In this document: positions 14,930 to 26,674 of the stretch, in pieces
Position numbering within the stretch: position 1 is the stretch's first letter
Layout of the letters: the number at the start of each line of letters is the position of its first letter
Source: Lama glama
Taxonomy: Eukaryota
Reading direction: 5' to 3'
Assembly (NCBI GenBank): GCA_028534125.1
Contig: CM052818.1
Coordinates: 34,598,001 to 34,662,000 of the forward strand
Length of the DNA stretch: 64,000 nucleotides
Notes under the pieces: generated by a model
Database searches by the model: none
What the model was told of the DNA's origin: nothing
The model's input: only the letters and a program-made list of their open reading frames with translations
Position numbers and translations under genes: made by a program

Positions 14930-15850
14930 TGATCTACTGCAATAAGGCAAGAAAAAAAAAGTAAAGTTATCTGAATTGAACAGGAAGAGATAAAACTGTC
15001 ATTTTCAAATGATATGTGCTAAAAAAAAAAAAAGAACCTACAGATAAACTATTCGAATTAACAAGTGAATTTGACAAGGTTGCTGGTTAGATATCAAATC
15101 AATATATAAAAGTCAGTATGAAAAGGTCACTATATAAAATTGTACTTTTACATATCAACAATGAACAGTTATAACCTTAACAAAAAGTATAAAATATTGC
15201 TGAGCAAAATTAAACAACACATAAATAAAAGGAGGGATATTTTATATTCACAGATTGCAAATCTCTGTATTGGTAAGCTATTAATTCTTTCCCACATTGA
15301 TTTATAGATTCAATCTAATCTCAATTAAAATCCCAGGAGGTATTTTTTAATTAAAATTGACAAGCTCATTCTAAAATTTATATGGAAATGCAAAGGGTCA
15401 AGTGTAGCCAGAACAATCTTAAAGAACCACAAAACTGGAGGACTTACCCCACCAGATATCACGAGGTCTGTCAAACAGCTACAGTAATTTAAATGTGTGG
15501 AATTGGCATAAAGACAGGCAAATTGACCAATAGAACAGAACAGAGAATCTAGAAACACACATGTATGATCACCTGATCTGCAACAAAGGTGCACTGTAAA
15601 GACAGGAAAGGATGATCTTTTCAATAAATGGTTCTGGATTAATTAAAAAGGATCACTTAGGAAACAATGAACCTTAAGACCTACTTTTACACCACACACA
15701 AAAATCAATTCCAGACAGACTACAGACCAAAATGGAAACGGCAGAACAATGAAGCTTCTCAAAGAAAACATGGAAGAATATCTTTATAAACTTGGATTAG
15801 ATCAAGATTAAACAGGAAAGAAAAAGAATGACCATTTTTAAATGTTTGAT
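14930..15850 (+). mobile_element. Old L1M ORF2 fragment (decayed)
   Basis: Recognisable L1 ORF2 segments (aaaattgacaagctcattctaaaatttatatggaaatgcaaagg; gaccaatagaacagaacagagaatctagaa). Confidence 0.8.
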
Positions 15851-16371
15851 AAGGTACAGGGCCAAGGCCAGAGACCTCTCCTGCCCAGGTCTTAGGGCAG
15901 AACTGGTCCTTAATACCTTGATATTGAGAAAGGTAGCATCTTCTTTACACATGTCACCTTGAAGCCAACGCCCTTTGTGATTTAAGTCCTAAGTGAAAGG
16001 AACCTGTTAAAAGCTGCTAATGAAATCGGTATTATCTCTACAGTTTTATACTCAATTTTAGAGTGCTCAGGACGAACAGTATTTTCAGGATTATAGCAGT
16101 ATCAACTATAACAGTATTTTCAAGATTATATACAATATCCTTTTTATCCTACATGGAAACACTCAGAGATCACTGACCCTTTAGATGAAGTACCCTGAGT
16201 ACCAAGAGGTGCTATGACAACTACTTCACAGTAAGCAACAGATCTGGAACAATAACCCACAACAGTTCAGATTCTTTCCACTACAACGAAATATTTTATC
16301 CTTGGACTTGGTATGGTTCAGATTATTCAATTATTTCTATATAGAAATAATTGCTCTAAAATAATATTTCA

Positions 16372-17076
16372 TGCAAATCAAAACTACAATGAAGTATCAC
16401 CTCACACCAGTCAGAATGGCCATCATTCAAAAATCCACAAATGACAAATGCTGGGGAGGCTGTGGAGAAAAGGGAACCTTCCTTCACTGCTGGTGGGAAT
16501 GCAGTTTGGTGCAGCCTCTGTGGAAAACAGTATGGAGATTCCTCAAAAGACTAGGAGTAGACTTNNNNNNNNNNNNNNNNNNNNNNNNNNNNNNNNNNNN
16601 NNNNNNNNNNNNNNNNNNNNNNNNNNNNNNNNNNNNNNNNNNNNNNNNNNNNNNNNNNNNNNNNACGCCATTTGCAGCAACATGGATATTCCTGGAGAAT
16701 GTCATTGTAAGTGAAGTAAGCCAGAAAGAGAAAGAAAAATACCATATGAGATCGCTCATATGTGGAATATAAAAAAACAAAACAAAACGTAAATACAAAA
16801 CAGAAACAGACTCACAGACATAGAATACAAACTTGTGGTTGCCAAGGAGGCAGGGGGTGGGAAGGGACAGACTGGGATTTCAAAATGTAGAATAGATAAA
16901 CAAGATTATACTGTATAGCACAGGGAAATATATACAAGATCTAATGGTAGCTCACAGAGAAAAAAATGTGACAATGAATATATATATGCTCGTGTATAAC
17001 TGAAAATTTGTGCTCTACACTAGAATTTGACACAACATTGTAAAATTATAACACAATAAAAATGTTAAAAAATAAA
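16372..17076 (+). mobile_element. Young 5'-truncated LINE-1 (ORF2 C-terminus plus 3' UTR) with a 15-bp TSD, spanning an assembly gap
   Basis: ORF 16371..16772 [19 protein letters not shown]...LHCWWEC...[12 protein letters not shown] is the L1 ORF2 C-terminus. TSD taaaataatatttca at 16357-16371 and 17077-17091. Confidence 0.93.
16565..16664. other. Assembly gap (100 N)
   Basis: Exactly 100 N, a placeholder-type gap inside the L1. Confidence 0.99.
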
Positions 17077-17816
17077 TAAAATAATATTTCAGTGATTTGA
17101 ATTTTTTTTTTCCCAGAAAGTACACTTCAATTTCTGCCAGAAGTGATCTCTCACCTCTCCACTTTTATAAATCCCACCTATTTCCCTAAGACCCAGCTTA
17201 AATCCCACTTGCTTCATAGAACCTTCTCTAGCCAGGCCCACTTGGTGAGCTCTTTTCCAAATCTCAACGTGCACAGTATCACTGTCCACGCAGTTCACTG
17301 CAATTAATTAAATGTGGCCTTTTGCCAGTTTCTGGCTCACTGCTCTGAACAACTGTTCATCTCTCCTGCACCTTCTGCTCCAAGTCCTTTATTACTCGTC
17401 TCTTCACGGGACAGCGATCAAAGACCTTTAGTGTTCACTGAGTACAAGCCCTGCCCTACTCCACAGTGCACAAAGAGGCTCTCACTCTCACAGAACCTCA
17501 CGTTCCCGGGGAACACTGCACGAGCATGCACACTGCATGAAAAGTGATACAAGGCAGAAAACTATCCAAAACTAAAGGACCAAGAAGTATTCGATGTGTG
17601 AATTCAATGAGTTCAGCCTGGGACCCGGAGGAATTCACGGAGGAGCTGGGAGTGGAGATGGTCTTAAAGTCTAGGAAGGTAACCTGAGGAGAGGGTAGGG
17701 TGTGAGGGGAAGGGAGAGGAGGGGAGAAGAGGGGAGATTAGGGGCTGGGCATTCCTGACCATCAAAGGCACAGGAGTGGAAGTGCACAGCCCCAGAGCGG
17801 GTGAGTGAGTGCATCA

Positions 17817-18005
<189 letters not shown>

Positions 18006-18079
18006 CTATATTTTAAAATTCCATAATAAGTCACTCTATATACAAAAATACTCCATATGGATATAAATTGGAATACTAA

Positions 18080-18103
18080 ACACACACACACACACACACA
18101 CAC
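18080..18103. repeat. (CA)n microsatellite
   Basis: About 12 CA units. Similar tracts occur at ~816-833, ~11189-11210 and ~43566-43610. Confidence 0.95.
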
Positions 18104-18799
18104 AGTTGTAAAAACACTAGAGTTAAATGCAGGAGAGAACCCCCTACTAGAGTAAGATCCAAGTTAGAAAAAAATGGAAGATTTTACTCTCTGAAATGTA
18201 AACATTTTATCCTTGAAAGTCAAGGGACACAATGATAAAAGATATTTGACGAAATTTTGCTATAAAATAGAATGGGCTCCTTCAAATCAACACACACACA
18301 AAAAAGACAAAACACCAAACAGGAAAATTGGCCAAGGGTGTGAACAAGCAATTTACAGAAGAATGACAAATGGCCAAAAGACTTTTGAAAATATGTTCAA
18401 CTTCACATATAACCAGAGAAATGTAATTGAGAAACCCTGTGAGGTATTGTCACTATCCTATTGGAGGAGAAAAGATTTAAAAGGTTGATAGTATGGAGTG
18501 GGTGGGGGACCAAGGGTGTGGGGGCCCAGTGATTCATACTCCATGGGTAGGGATCTGAATTGTCACAACCTGTCCAAAAGACAATCTGGCAAGATTTATC
18601 AAAAACCAACACCTGCCTCCTTCTGACCCAACCTTTAGGAATTTTCTAAAGAAAGCTTTCACAAGCTCACCAAGAACTATGCACACGGATGATTACTGCA
18701 GCGCTGACCATACTAGCAAGAAAATGGACACATTCTACATACATATTAATTACTGCCTGTTTAAATAACTTGCAAGGCAACAATACAAGAAAATATTTT

Positions 18800-18941
18800 T
18801 TTTAATTTTGTGTGTTTGTTTAGGGGGGGTGGTAATTAGGTTTACTTATTTATTTATTTTTAATGGAGGTACTGGGGATTGAACCCAGGACCTTGTGCAT
18901 GCTAAGCACGTGCTCTACCACTGAGCTATGCTCACCCCCCT
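18800..18941 (-). mobile_element. Vic-1-like SINE, long-tail form, 14-bp TSD
   Basis: tRNA-Ala-like head plus an AAATAAA...CCTAATTACC tail. TSD caagaaaatatttt at 18786-18799 and 18942-18955. Confidence 0.9.
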
Positions 18942-19929
18942 CAAGAAAATATTTTGTATCCTATAAAAAAAATGATATGGTATCTAGCAGCATGGAAAGA
19001 TGTCCACAACAGGTAAGTAAAAAGAGCCAGCCGTAGAACAATATGTAAAATACAGTATAAATTTCTTTTTGAAATAGGGTTATAGACACATAGGGAAATT
19101 TTTACAAGGATTTATGACAAACTGATGACAGTAATTATTTAGGAGAAGGGAACTTTACTGAAGACTTATATTTTCTACATTTTTCTATTTTATAAATTTT
19201 ATAAGTAGCACATATGTGTGTATGTGTTAATCAGGAAATAAGACCAAAGATGAGGACGGATGGAGATAAGGTTCGAGATTCTGGACTTCTTCGGAGGCCT
19301 GGGGGAATGACCCCAACAGCCACAGCGCTCACATCAGGGAGGTCCACTTTCTCCTCTGGCACATGGCGGCCATGAAGGCGTTCTGTTCTGCCTTAAGAAA
19401 AATGAAACCATCACCTTATGACGTTATCCACAGTGAAACAAGCAGATCCCTTTATCTCATTCTTTCTTGACTTCTAACAAAGACTTTCATCTCCTTTCCC
19501 TTTGTTCAAAGGTCAGCACAGCTTGACACAGTACTACATCATTTCTGAGATGTGGAATTGAGTTAGCCTCCTTCCCCCCACACAACTCTCAATCTAACTG
19601 AAACTCTTTTTCTTGTCATTTCATTCACTTTCTCTACTCTTATTGAACCTACTCATTGTCCTTACTAAGAAAATGAATTGTTTTATTCTATTCAGTGCTT
19701 TAGATGTTGCCAGGCTGATGGTGTTACCGCCCAAAATGCACTCATTCACCTGACTTTCTACATTGACCACCAATTAATTACCAACTCTATCTAAATAATC
19801 CATCCACCTACTTCCTGGAACAAAGATCGATGCTTCAGAAGGAAAAACAACTATGCTACACACTCATATTATCTAGTTTCAACTTGAATTCCATTGCTGC
19901 CTTTTAGTTCTCATTTTTAACTGCCTAAC

Positions 19930-20216
19930 ACCACACTGTCCAACATGGTAGCCACTAACCACATGTGGCAATGGAGCATTTGAAATGTGGCTGATCCAAA
20001 CTGAAATGTGCTATGAGTGTAATATATGAACTAGATGGATTTTGAAGAACTTTCACCAAAATTGCAAAATATCACACTATGATTTATACTGATTACATGT
20101 TAAAATAATATTTTTATAGGGTCAGTTAAAAAAATAAATGACAAAATTTAATTTCACCTGTTTTGTTTACTTTAACACGGATACGAATTTACATATTATA
20201 TTTCTATTGTTCAGTC
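19930..20216 (-). mobile_element. MER33-like hAT-Charlie element
   Basis: ctgtccaacatggtagccactaaccacatgtggc...aatttcacctg...atattatatttctattg termini. Confidence 0.75.
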
Positions 20217-21014
20217 CACCTAGCATACTCCCCAAAGTGGCCGTCTCAGACTTTTCTCTGCTCAGCTTTGAGCTGAATCCCTCTTTGAGGAAACTGCCCC
20301 TCCACCACTGCCACCCACGTGGTCACAGTGGGAGCTGCCATCTTCTTGATGATATTGCTCTGCCTGACCAGTCAAAGTCTTGCCTCAAGATTTAAAAAGT
20401 TGGAACCTCACTGAGTCTTTGACCGGGTTTAGAGCTCTAGGTTGGAAATCATTTTTCTTCCTAATTTTGATGGCATTGCTCATTTATCTTCTAGGGTCCA
20501 GTGCTGCTGTTTGTGAAACCAGACGTCATCCTGTTTGTTAATCCTTTCTTTGTATGTGACAGTTGTCACTGTTGTTGTTCTGCACTCTGGAAGTCTGGCG
20601 GACCCTTCTCTTTGTTCTCAGTGTTCTGAACTTTCTCAAGGGTGTGCCTGGAGGTGGGTCTACTTTCATCTGCTGTGCTGAACATTTTCAGTCAGGTGGT
20701 CCCTTTCCATCAGGAAACTCACAGTTTTCAGTTCTGAGAAATGCTCTTGAATTCTTTCAGTGATCACTTCCTCCCCTCTCTTTACTCTGTCCTTTCTTTC
20801 TCGATCTAGAAAGGAAATATGTGATCTCTTGGACTAGTCTCTAATTTCTGAAAAATCTTTTTCTCTGCTAGTTTCTCTTTTCTTTTTCTCTCTCTCCCAG
20901 GCAATTCCATCACCTTTACTACCCAATCCTTCTGTTGTTTCCTATTTCAATCATATTTTTTAATTTCCAAGAGCTCTATTTTGATCTCTGACTTATTGTA
21001 ATAGCATCCTATTC

Positions 21015-21107
21015 TTTTTTTTTTTAAATAGAGTTACTGGAGAATGAACCCAGGACCACTAAGCGCATGCTAAGCATGTGCTCTACCACTGAGCTCTACC
21101 CACCCCC
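21015..21107 (-). mobile_element. Vic-1-like SINE, short form
   Basis: tRNA-like head and poly-A. Imperfect TSD aatagcatcc.a.tctt on both sides. Confidence 0.85.
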
Positions 21108-23030
21108 AATAGCATCCCAGTCTTGTTTTATGGTTGCAATATAATTTCTTTTTCTCTGAGGATCTTAATGATAATCTTTTTTTCTTTCTTTTTTAATTGA
21201 GGTAAAATTGGTATGCAACATTATATAAGTTTCAAGCATGCTTAATGAGAGTCTTTTTGTTGTGTTATTATTGTTTTTTTCTTGCTGCATAGTCTGTTTC
21301 CTCTAAGCTGCTTTCTTCTGTTTATTCATTTTAGTGTCTACCTTTCATGTTAAAGACTTTCTTCAGATGTCTGAAAATCCTTGGCTACCTTTTCCTGATA
21401 AGAAGAAAAAGCTTACGAAAGCTCTGAGTGTCAGGGTGCTGTGTAACAGCTGTGAACTTCAGTGTGGGTTGACCTACTTCAACTGTTTCATGGGCAAACC
21501 TGGATGTCAGGGTCTTTAAGTCCCTCCCTCCAGGCTAGTCAGATTCTGCAGCGAGACTTCTCCAGTCTCCTGCCTGCAATGTGCAGGTCGAACTGCCAGC
21601 ACGCCAGGAACAGGGAGGCGAAGGAGGCGCTCAGTTCCATGTGCACGTGTCCATGGAATCCCTGTGCTTTTAGTACCATGTCCTTGCTTCACCTTTGCCC
21701 AGCATCCCCCAAACCACAGGTCCTCCATTTTACATTCTGCAAACCTCTGGTCTGCTGTGCAAAGTGGGAGAAATGTTCTAGGCATGTATTAATTTTCCGA
21801 ACAATTCTCCTAATTTTAGTTCCCTCTTCGCCCCTGCTTCCAGATAAACCTGATGCTGCCAGTTTCCTAGTCTTTTGGAGATTTACTGCCGAGTAAATCA
21901 AGGGGATGCTCAGCTTTCTTCACTGTCAGTTTATATTTACAAACTCTTGAATCTGCTAAGTCATTTACCATCTGCCCGTATACTTCCCAGCTTCCAAAAT
22001 GTTGTTGCTATTAAGTTCTCCTGTTTCACTTGACTTCGTGGTTTTACGTCTTTTTTACTTAATCCCTTTAAATGTCATTTTTGATGGAAAGCCAAGATAA
22101 ATGGATCTGTTCCATTTGCTTTCTTAACTCAGAAGTGACATCTCTCAGGAATTTAAAACGTCAGTTGAGACACTAGAGATTGAGACTTCTGCGTGCTTTA
22201 GCCATCCATCTTATTCTTTATCTTTATATGACACGATTCTGTTAACAGCTTCCTCTCTAAAACTACACCTCAATGACATACCAAAGCCGACGCAGTTAGG
22301 GCGGTGGGCACCACATGCAATCAAGGAGCCTAGGGCTGATTTTAGAACAGTACAACTGACTAAAAGCCGGTCTGCTATTCATAATCTCCAGGAGCCAGCA
22401 ACAAAACAATATCAGTCATAAAACACTCCTTTCTGAAAAAGCTTTCGTTAATTTAAGTTTCAAACGATTGCTGCAGTTACTGTTGATTTTTAATAATACA
22501 TAGATCAGCTTCAACACAGCACCTTTCTATTTCTTATCCTTTAACAAGGAAGCTAATTCAGAGAACTCACACTATAGGCTTGATCTCCGACGCACACAGA
22601 CTCAGCTACATGCACGTGTTTTGAGAGCACGTCTGAAATGGTTCGAGCTGTCTCAGCTCACTTTGGCACACGGCACGTCCACAACCCCCCAGGCACTACA
22701 CAGCCCTGCAGTTTAGGGATTTGACATGAACAACAATAGCTACTAGAAACACAAAGAAACCGAATGTGAGTTTCTTCAATTCTGTCATTCTACACATAAC
22801 TCCTCTTCTAAACCTTGCAAATTCACTCCTTGGGGAACATTTATTCACATTTTTTCCCTTCCTTTTCCCTCCTCCCCAATATATATGTAATTTAAAAGTG
22901 CTCAGTCATTATTTTTTTGAAAAGTGTTCATCTGTGACTTTCCTCATTTTGTACTGTAAATTTTATTTTGATTTTTAAAATTTTACTGGCATGGTTATAT
23001 AAACAAAGTTCAGTAAAAGAAAATGTTCTG

Positions 23031-23061
23031 GTAAATTGACTATAACTCAATTATAAAAAAA
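23031..23061 (+). mobile_element. Ultra-short L1 3'-terminal insertion with a 16-bp TSD
   Basis: gtaaattgactataactcaattat(a)n matches the L1 terminus at 24599-24620. TSD aaaagaaaatgttctg at 23015-23030 and 23062-23077. Confidence 0.8.
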
Positions 23062-23139
23062 AAAAGAAAATGTTCTGCTTTTCTTTTCAGGTTATTGTTA
23101 TTATCCATGTTTTAGAAATTATCGACTCCAGGTGTTAAA

Positions 23140-23820
23140 TTTGTTGGGTACACCACGGCACCTCATTTATTGGTTTTTCCACCAGCCTCAACTGGCCTCT
23201 CTCTCAGTCTCCTTGGTCAGCATTTCCTCTTCCATCAACTTCTAAATGCTGGGCTTTCTTAGGGCTTGGCCATGAGCTTTCTTCTCATCCCTTTTATCCT
23301 CTTTCCCACTGTAATTTCATTCATTCCTATGGTTCAAAATACAGTCATAATGCTGTTGACTCTTTGCACTGATATTTCTCATCCAGAATTCTCTTCTGAG
23401 TTTAAGACCCATATCCAACTGCCTAATGGATATCTCATTTTTAATGTCTTACAAAATCCAACTTTGTTTAACATGGACAAAACCAAATTCTTGATTTCCA
23501 ATTCCTGCCTCACCACCCCCATCAGTGTCTTTACCATCTCAATAAAAGGCACTACCATCTCTCCACCCAGCTGTTGAAGACTTTCCTGCTTTTTCCCTAC
23601 CTCTCATCAGCATAGCCAATCAATCAGTAAATCCAGTCACTTTCAATTCCAAAATACATCTTGAATCCGTCTGCTTTCTCTCCAAATCACTGTTATTAAC
23701 TAGTCCAGATCAACTTCATATCTCACCTGGATGAATGCAACTGCTTCCTAACTGGCCTCCTTATTCTCACTTCTGGCTTCTCCAAACCACTCCCCAAAGA
23801 GCAACCAGAGTGATCTTAAA
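23140..23820 (+). mobile_element. L2 fragment
   Basis: Pyrimidine-rich L2 motifs (catatccaactgcct..tgga.atctc; tctcacctggatgaatgcaactgcttcctaactggcctcc). Confidence 0.7.
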
Positions 23821-23834
23821 ATACTTAGAAATTC

Positions 23835-24370
23835 AAGAAATTCTCACATTAGGTCCTTGGTCTGTGGATAAGAGCTATCACCATGCATAAGGCCAAATGG
23901 ACACCTCTGAAACTGCACCCGAGCACATAAAAAACAATATTGCAGACTTGGGGGGATGTTGGGGGTTAGTGCCACTCTTAAGGATCTCAAGGAGTGGTGG
24001 TGCCTATTAAATTTCCACTTAATTCACTGGTCTGATCCCTGCAAAAACTGGATGGACCCAAGGAAATGATTGTCGAGTACTGCAGATTCAACCAGGCTGC
24101 CATGCAAGTGTGGTGTCTTTGGTAGCGCAGATTAGTGTGGCCTTATGTACTTGGAATGTGGCTAGTGACTGGATCAAATGCATTAGTTTCTATCTTAATC
24201 AGGAAAAAAGGATCAGGAAATTCACATTTACATGTAACAGATAATATATATTCACATAGCACTCACACTCACAGGGCCATGTTAACTCTTCTGATCTCTG
24301 TCGAAATATTGTCTGAATAGATCAGGACCATCTGGATATTCCACAGAACGTCACATTGATCTAGTACATC
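23835..24370 (+). mobile_element. ERV-L internal pol relic (protease/RT junction and RT)
   Basis: Manual translation with frameshifts and stops: IRAITMHKAKWTPLKL, KKQYCRLGG, SATLKDLK, PLNSLV*SLQKLDG..MIVEYCRFNQ, SQGHVNSSDLCRNIV..., PQNVTLI*YI. These match recalled ERV-L RT motifs (KAKWKPL, SATIKDLK, PFNSPIWPVQK.DG, PQGYINSPALCHN, ITLVHYIDD). Confidence 0.85.
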
Positions 24371-24457
24371 AAGGTCGGCAAACTATGGCCTATGGGCCAA
24401 ATCTGACCCACTGTCTTTGTACAGATCACAAGTGAAGAATGATTTTTACATTTTCAA

Positions 24458-24637
24458 CAAGATTGTACTCTATAGCACAGGGAAATAAATACAAGATCTT
24501 ATGGTAGCTCACAGCAAAAAAAAAACGTGACAATGAATATATGTATGTTCATGTATAACTGAAAAATTGTGCTCTACACTGGAATTTGACACAACATTGT
24601 AAAATGACTATAACTCAATAAAAAATGTTAAAAAAAG
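24458..24637 (+). mobile_element. Young L1 3' end with a 22-bp TSD, inserted into MER58B
   Basis: Nearly identical to 16900-17070. TSD agaatgatttttacattttcaa at 24436-24457 and 24638-24659. Confidence 0.9.
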
Positions 24638-24679
24638 AGAATGATTTTTACATTTTCAAATTGTTAGGAAAAAAAGATC

Positions 24680-25000
24680 AGCATGAATAGGCAGAACACA
24701 GAGGATTTTAGGGCAGTGAAATTATTCTGTACAAGACCATAATGGTGGATACATGTCACTATGTATTTATCAAGATCCATAGAACACCAAAAGTGAATTG
24801 TAATATAAACTTTGGGTGATAATATGTCAATGCAGGTTAATCAACTAACAAATGTAACTCTCTGGTTGGGGAGGTTGATAGTGGGGAAGTCATACATGTG
24901 GTAGGGGCAGGGGAAATCTCTATACTTTCCTTCCACTCAATTTTTCTGTGAGCCTAAAATTGCTCTAAAAATATAAAGTTTATTAATTTAGAAAATTTAA
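24680..25000 (+). mobile_element. L1MC-like 3' UTR end nested in MER58B
   Basis: gaataggcagaacacagaggattttagggcagtgaa...tgtgagcctaaaattgctctaaaaa motif. Confidence 0.7.
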
Positions 25001-25089
25001 ATATGAAGGATATGTTGTGACACATGAACATTATATGATATTCAAATTTCAATATCCTTAAGTAAAGTTTTGTTGGAACACAGCCACAC

Positions 25090-25379
25090 CACTTTGGGGC
25101 CCTTGTGGTCAACAGCCAGCAGACAAGAAGAGAAACACCATCTTGGCAAGGCAGCCGACCCTGACCAGAAGGACAAGGTATAAGTGCTGTCACTTGAGGG
25201 TGCTTAGGAATTCAGGGGATCATGCAAGCGCCCCTTGGTACCTCCTTATGACAGGCGATTGCGCCTGTGAATGGACAGGTGCGGTACCCCAGTCTGCAAA
25301 CGGTATGCTTATCAGTCACAGACCCTTGAGGAATAAGGGTTTGTGTCTTACAACCAGGTAAGCCACTGAAACCAGCGTA

Positions 25380-25392
<13 letters not shown>
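25090..25392 (+). mobile_element. ERV-L 3' pol/dUTPase-region relic
   Basis: HFGALVVNSQQTRR..TILA...DPDQ and DP*GIRVCVLQPGKPLKPA*VIAE resemble the ERV-L pol 3' end (HFGLL..., DPSGMKVWVTPPGK.PRPAEVLAE). Confidence 0.7.
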
Positions 25393-26060
<668 letters not shown>

Positions 26061-26536
26061 TTGTATCCCAGTCTGGGGCTTTATTCCTCTCTGCTGCAAT
26101 TAGGATGGCTACTGTCTTGAAACCTCCACGAAGGCCCGGTGTTATTAACGGAGACTGGAAAACTAAGGTGCTGACCAAGTTGTGATTCATCACTTACTGA
26201 CCCGGATGATTAATTCTGCATTCATTTATCAAATATATATTCCTCTAAATCATATTCATCAAATATAATGAATTTACTACTGTATGCCAAGCACTGTGCT
26301 AGCACTAAGGATACAAGCGTTGTCCTTTCCTCATGGAGGGGATGGAAGAATAGGTCCGCTCTGATCTATTGCCTCTTCAGAAAGTTTCACCTGAAGTATA
26401 TTGCATCCATCTATTCGTCATCCATTCATTTTTGAGCTCTTACTTACAATTACCTTTGGAGGAAGCACTGTCCATTGAAAGGCACTATTTCCTGGACAGT
26501 TTTTGTGTCTCGTTGCCAACAAAAATACAGTGTTGT

Positions 26537-26674
26537 GGGGGGAGGGTATAGCTCAGTGGTAGGGCGAAATGCTTAGCATGTACGAGGTCCTGGGTTCAGT
26601 CCTCAGTACCGCCGTTTAAATAAATAAATAAACCCAAATACCTACCCCCTCCCCCCAAAAAGGGGAAAACTTTA
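26537..26674 (+). mobile_element. Vic-1-like SINE, long-tail form, just upstream of the DRC1 promoter
   Basis: GGGGGGAGGGTATAGCTCAGTGGTAG...GGGTTCAGTCCTCAGTACC head, AAATAAATAAATAAACC tail and an aaaaataca..ttgt TSD-like flank. Confidence 0.85.

Larger units (their letters stand above)
24370..25090 (+). mobile_element. MER58B-like hAT-Charlie element, split by two L1 insertions
   Basis: Starts caaggtcggcaaactatggcc...gggccaaatc and resumes at ~25000 with gtgacacatgaacattatatgatattcaaatttc...aaagttttgttggaacacagccac. Confidence 0.75.

Noticed and set aside
26537..26615. tRNA-Ala gene-like sequences (also at the other SINE copies)
   Set aside because: They have a GGGGAGGG 5' extension, broken stems, A-rich tails and TSDs, so they are SINEs and not functional tRNA genes.
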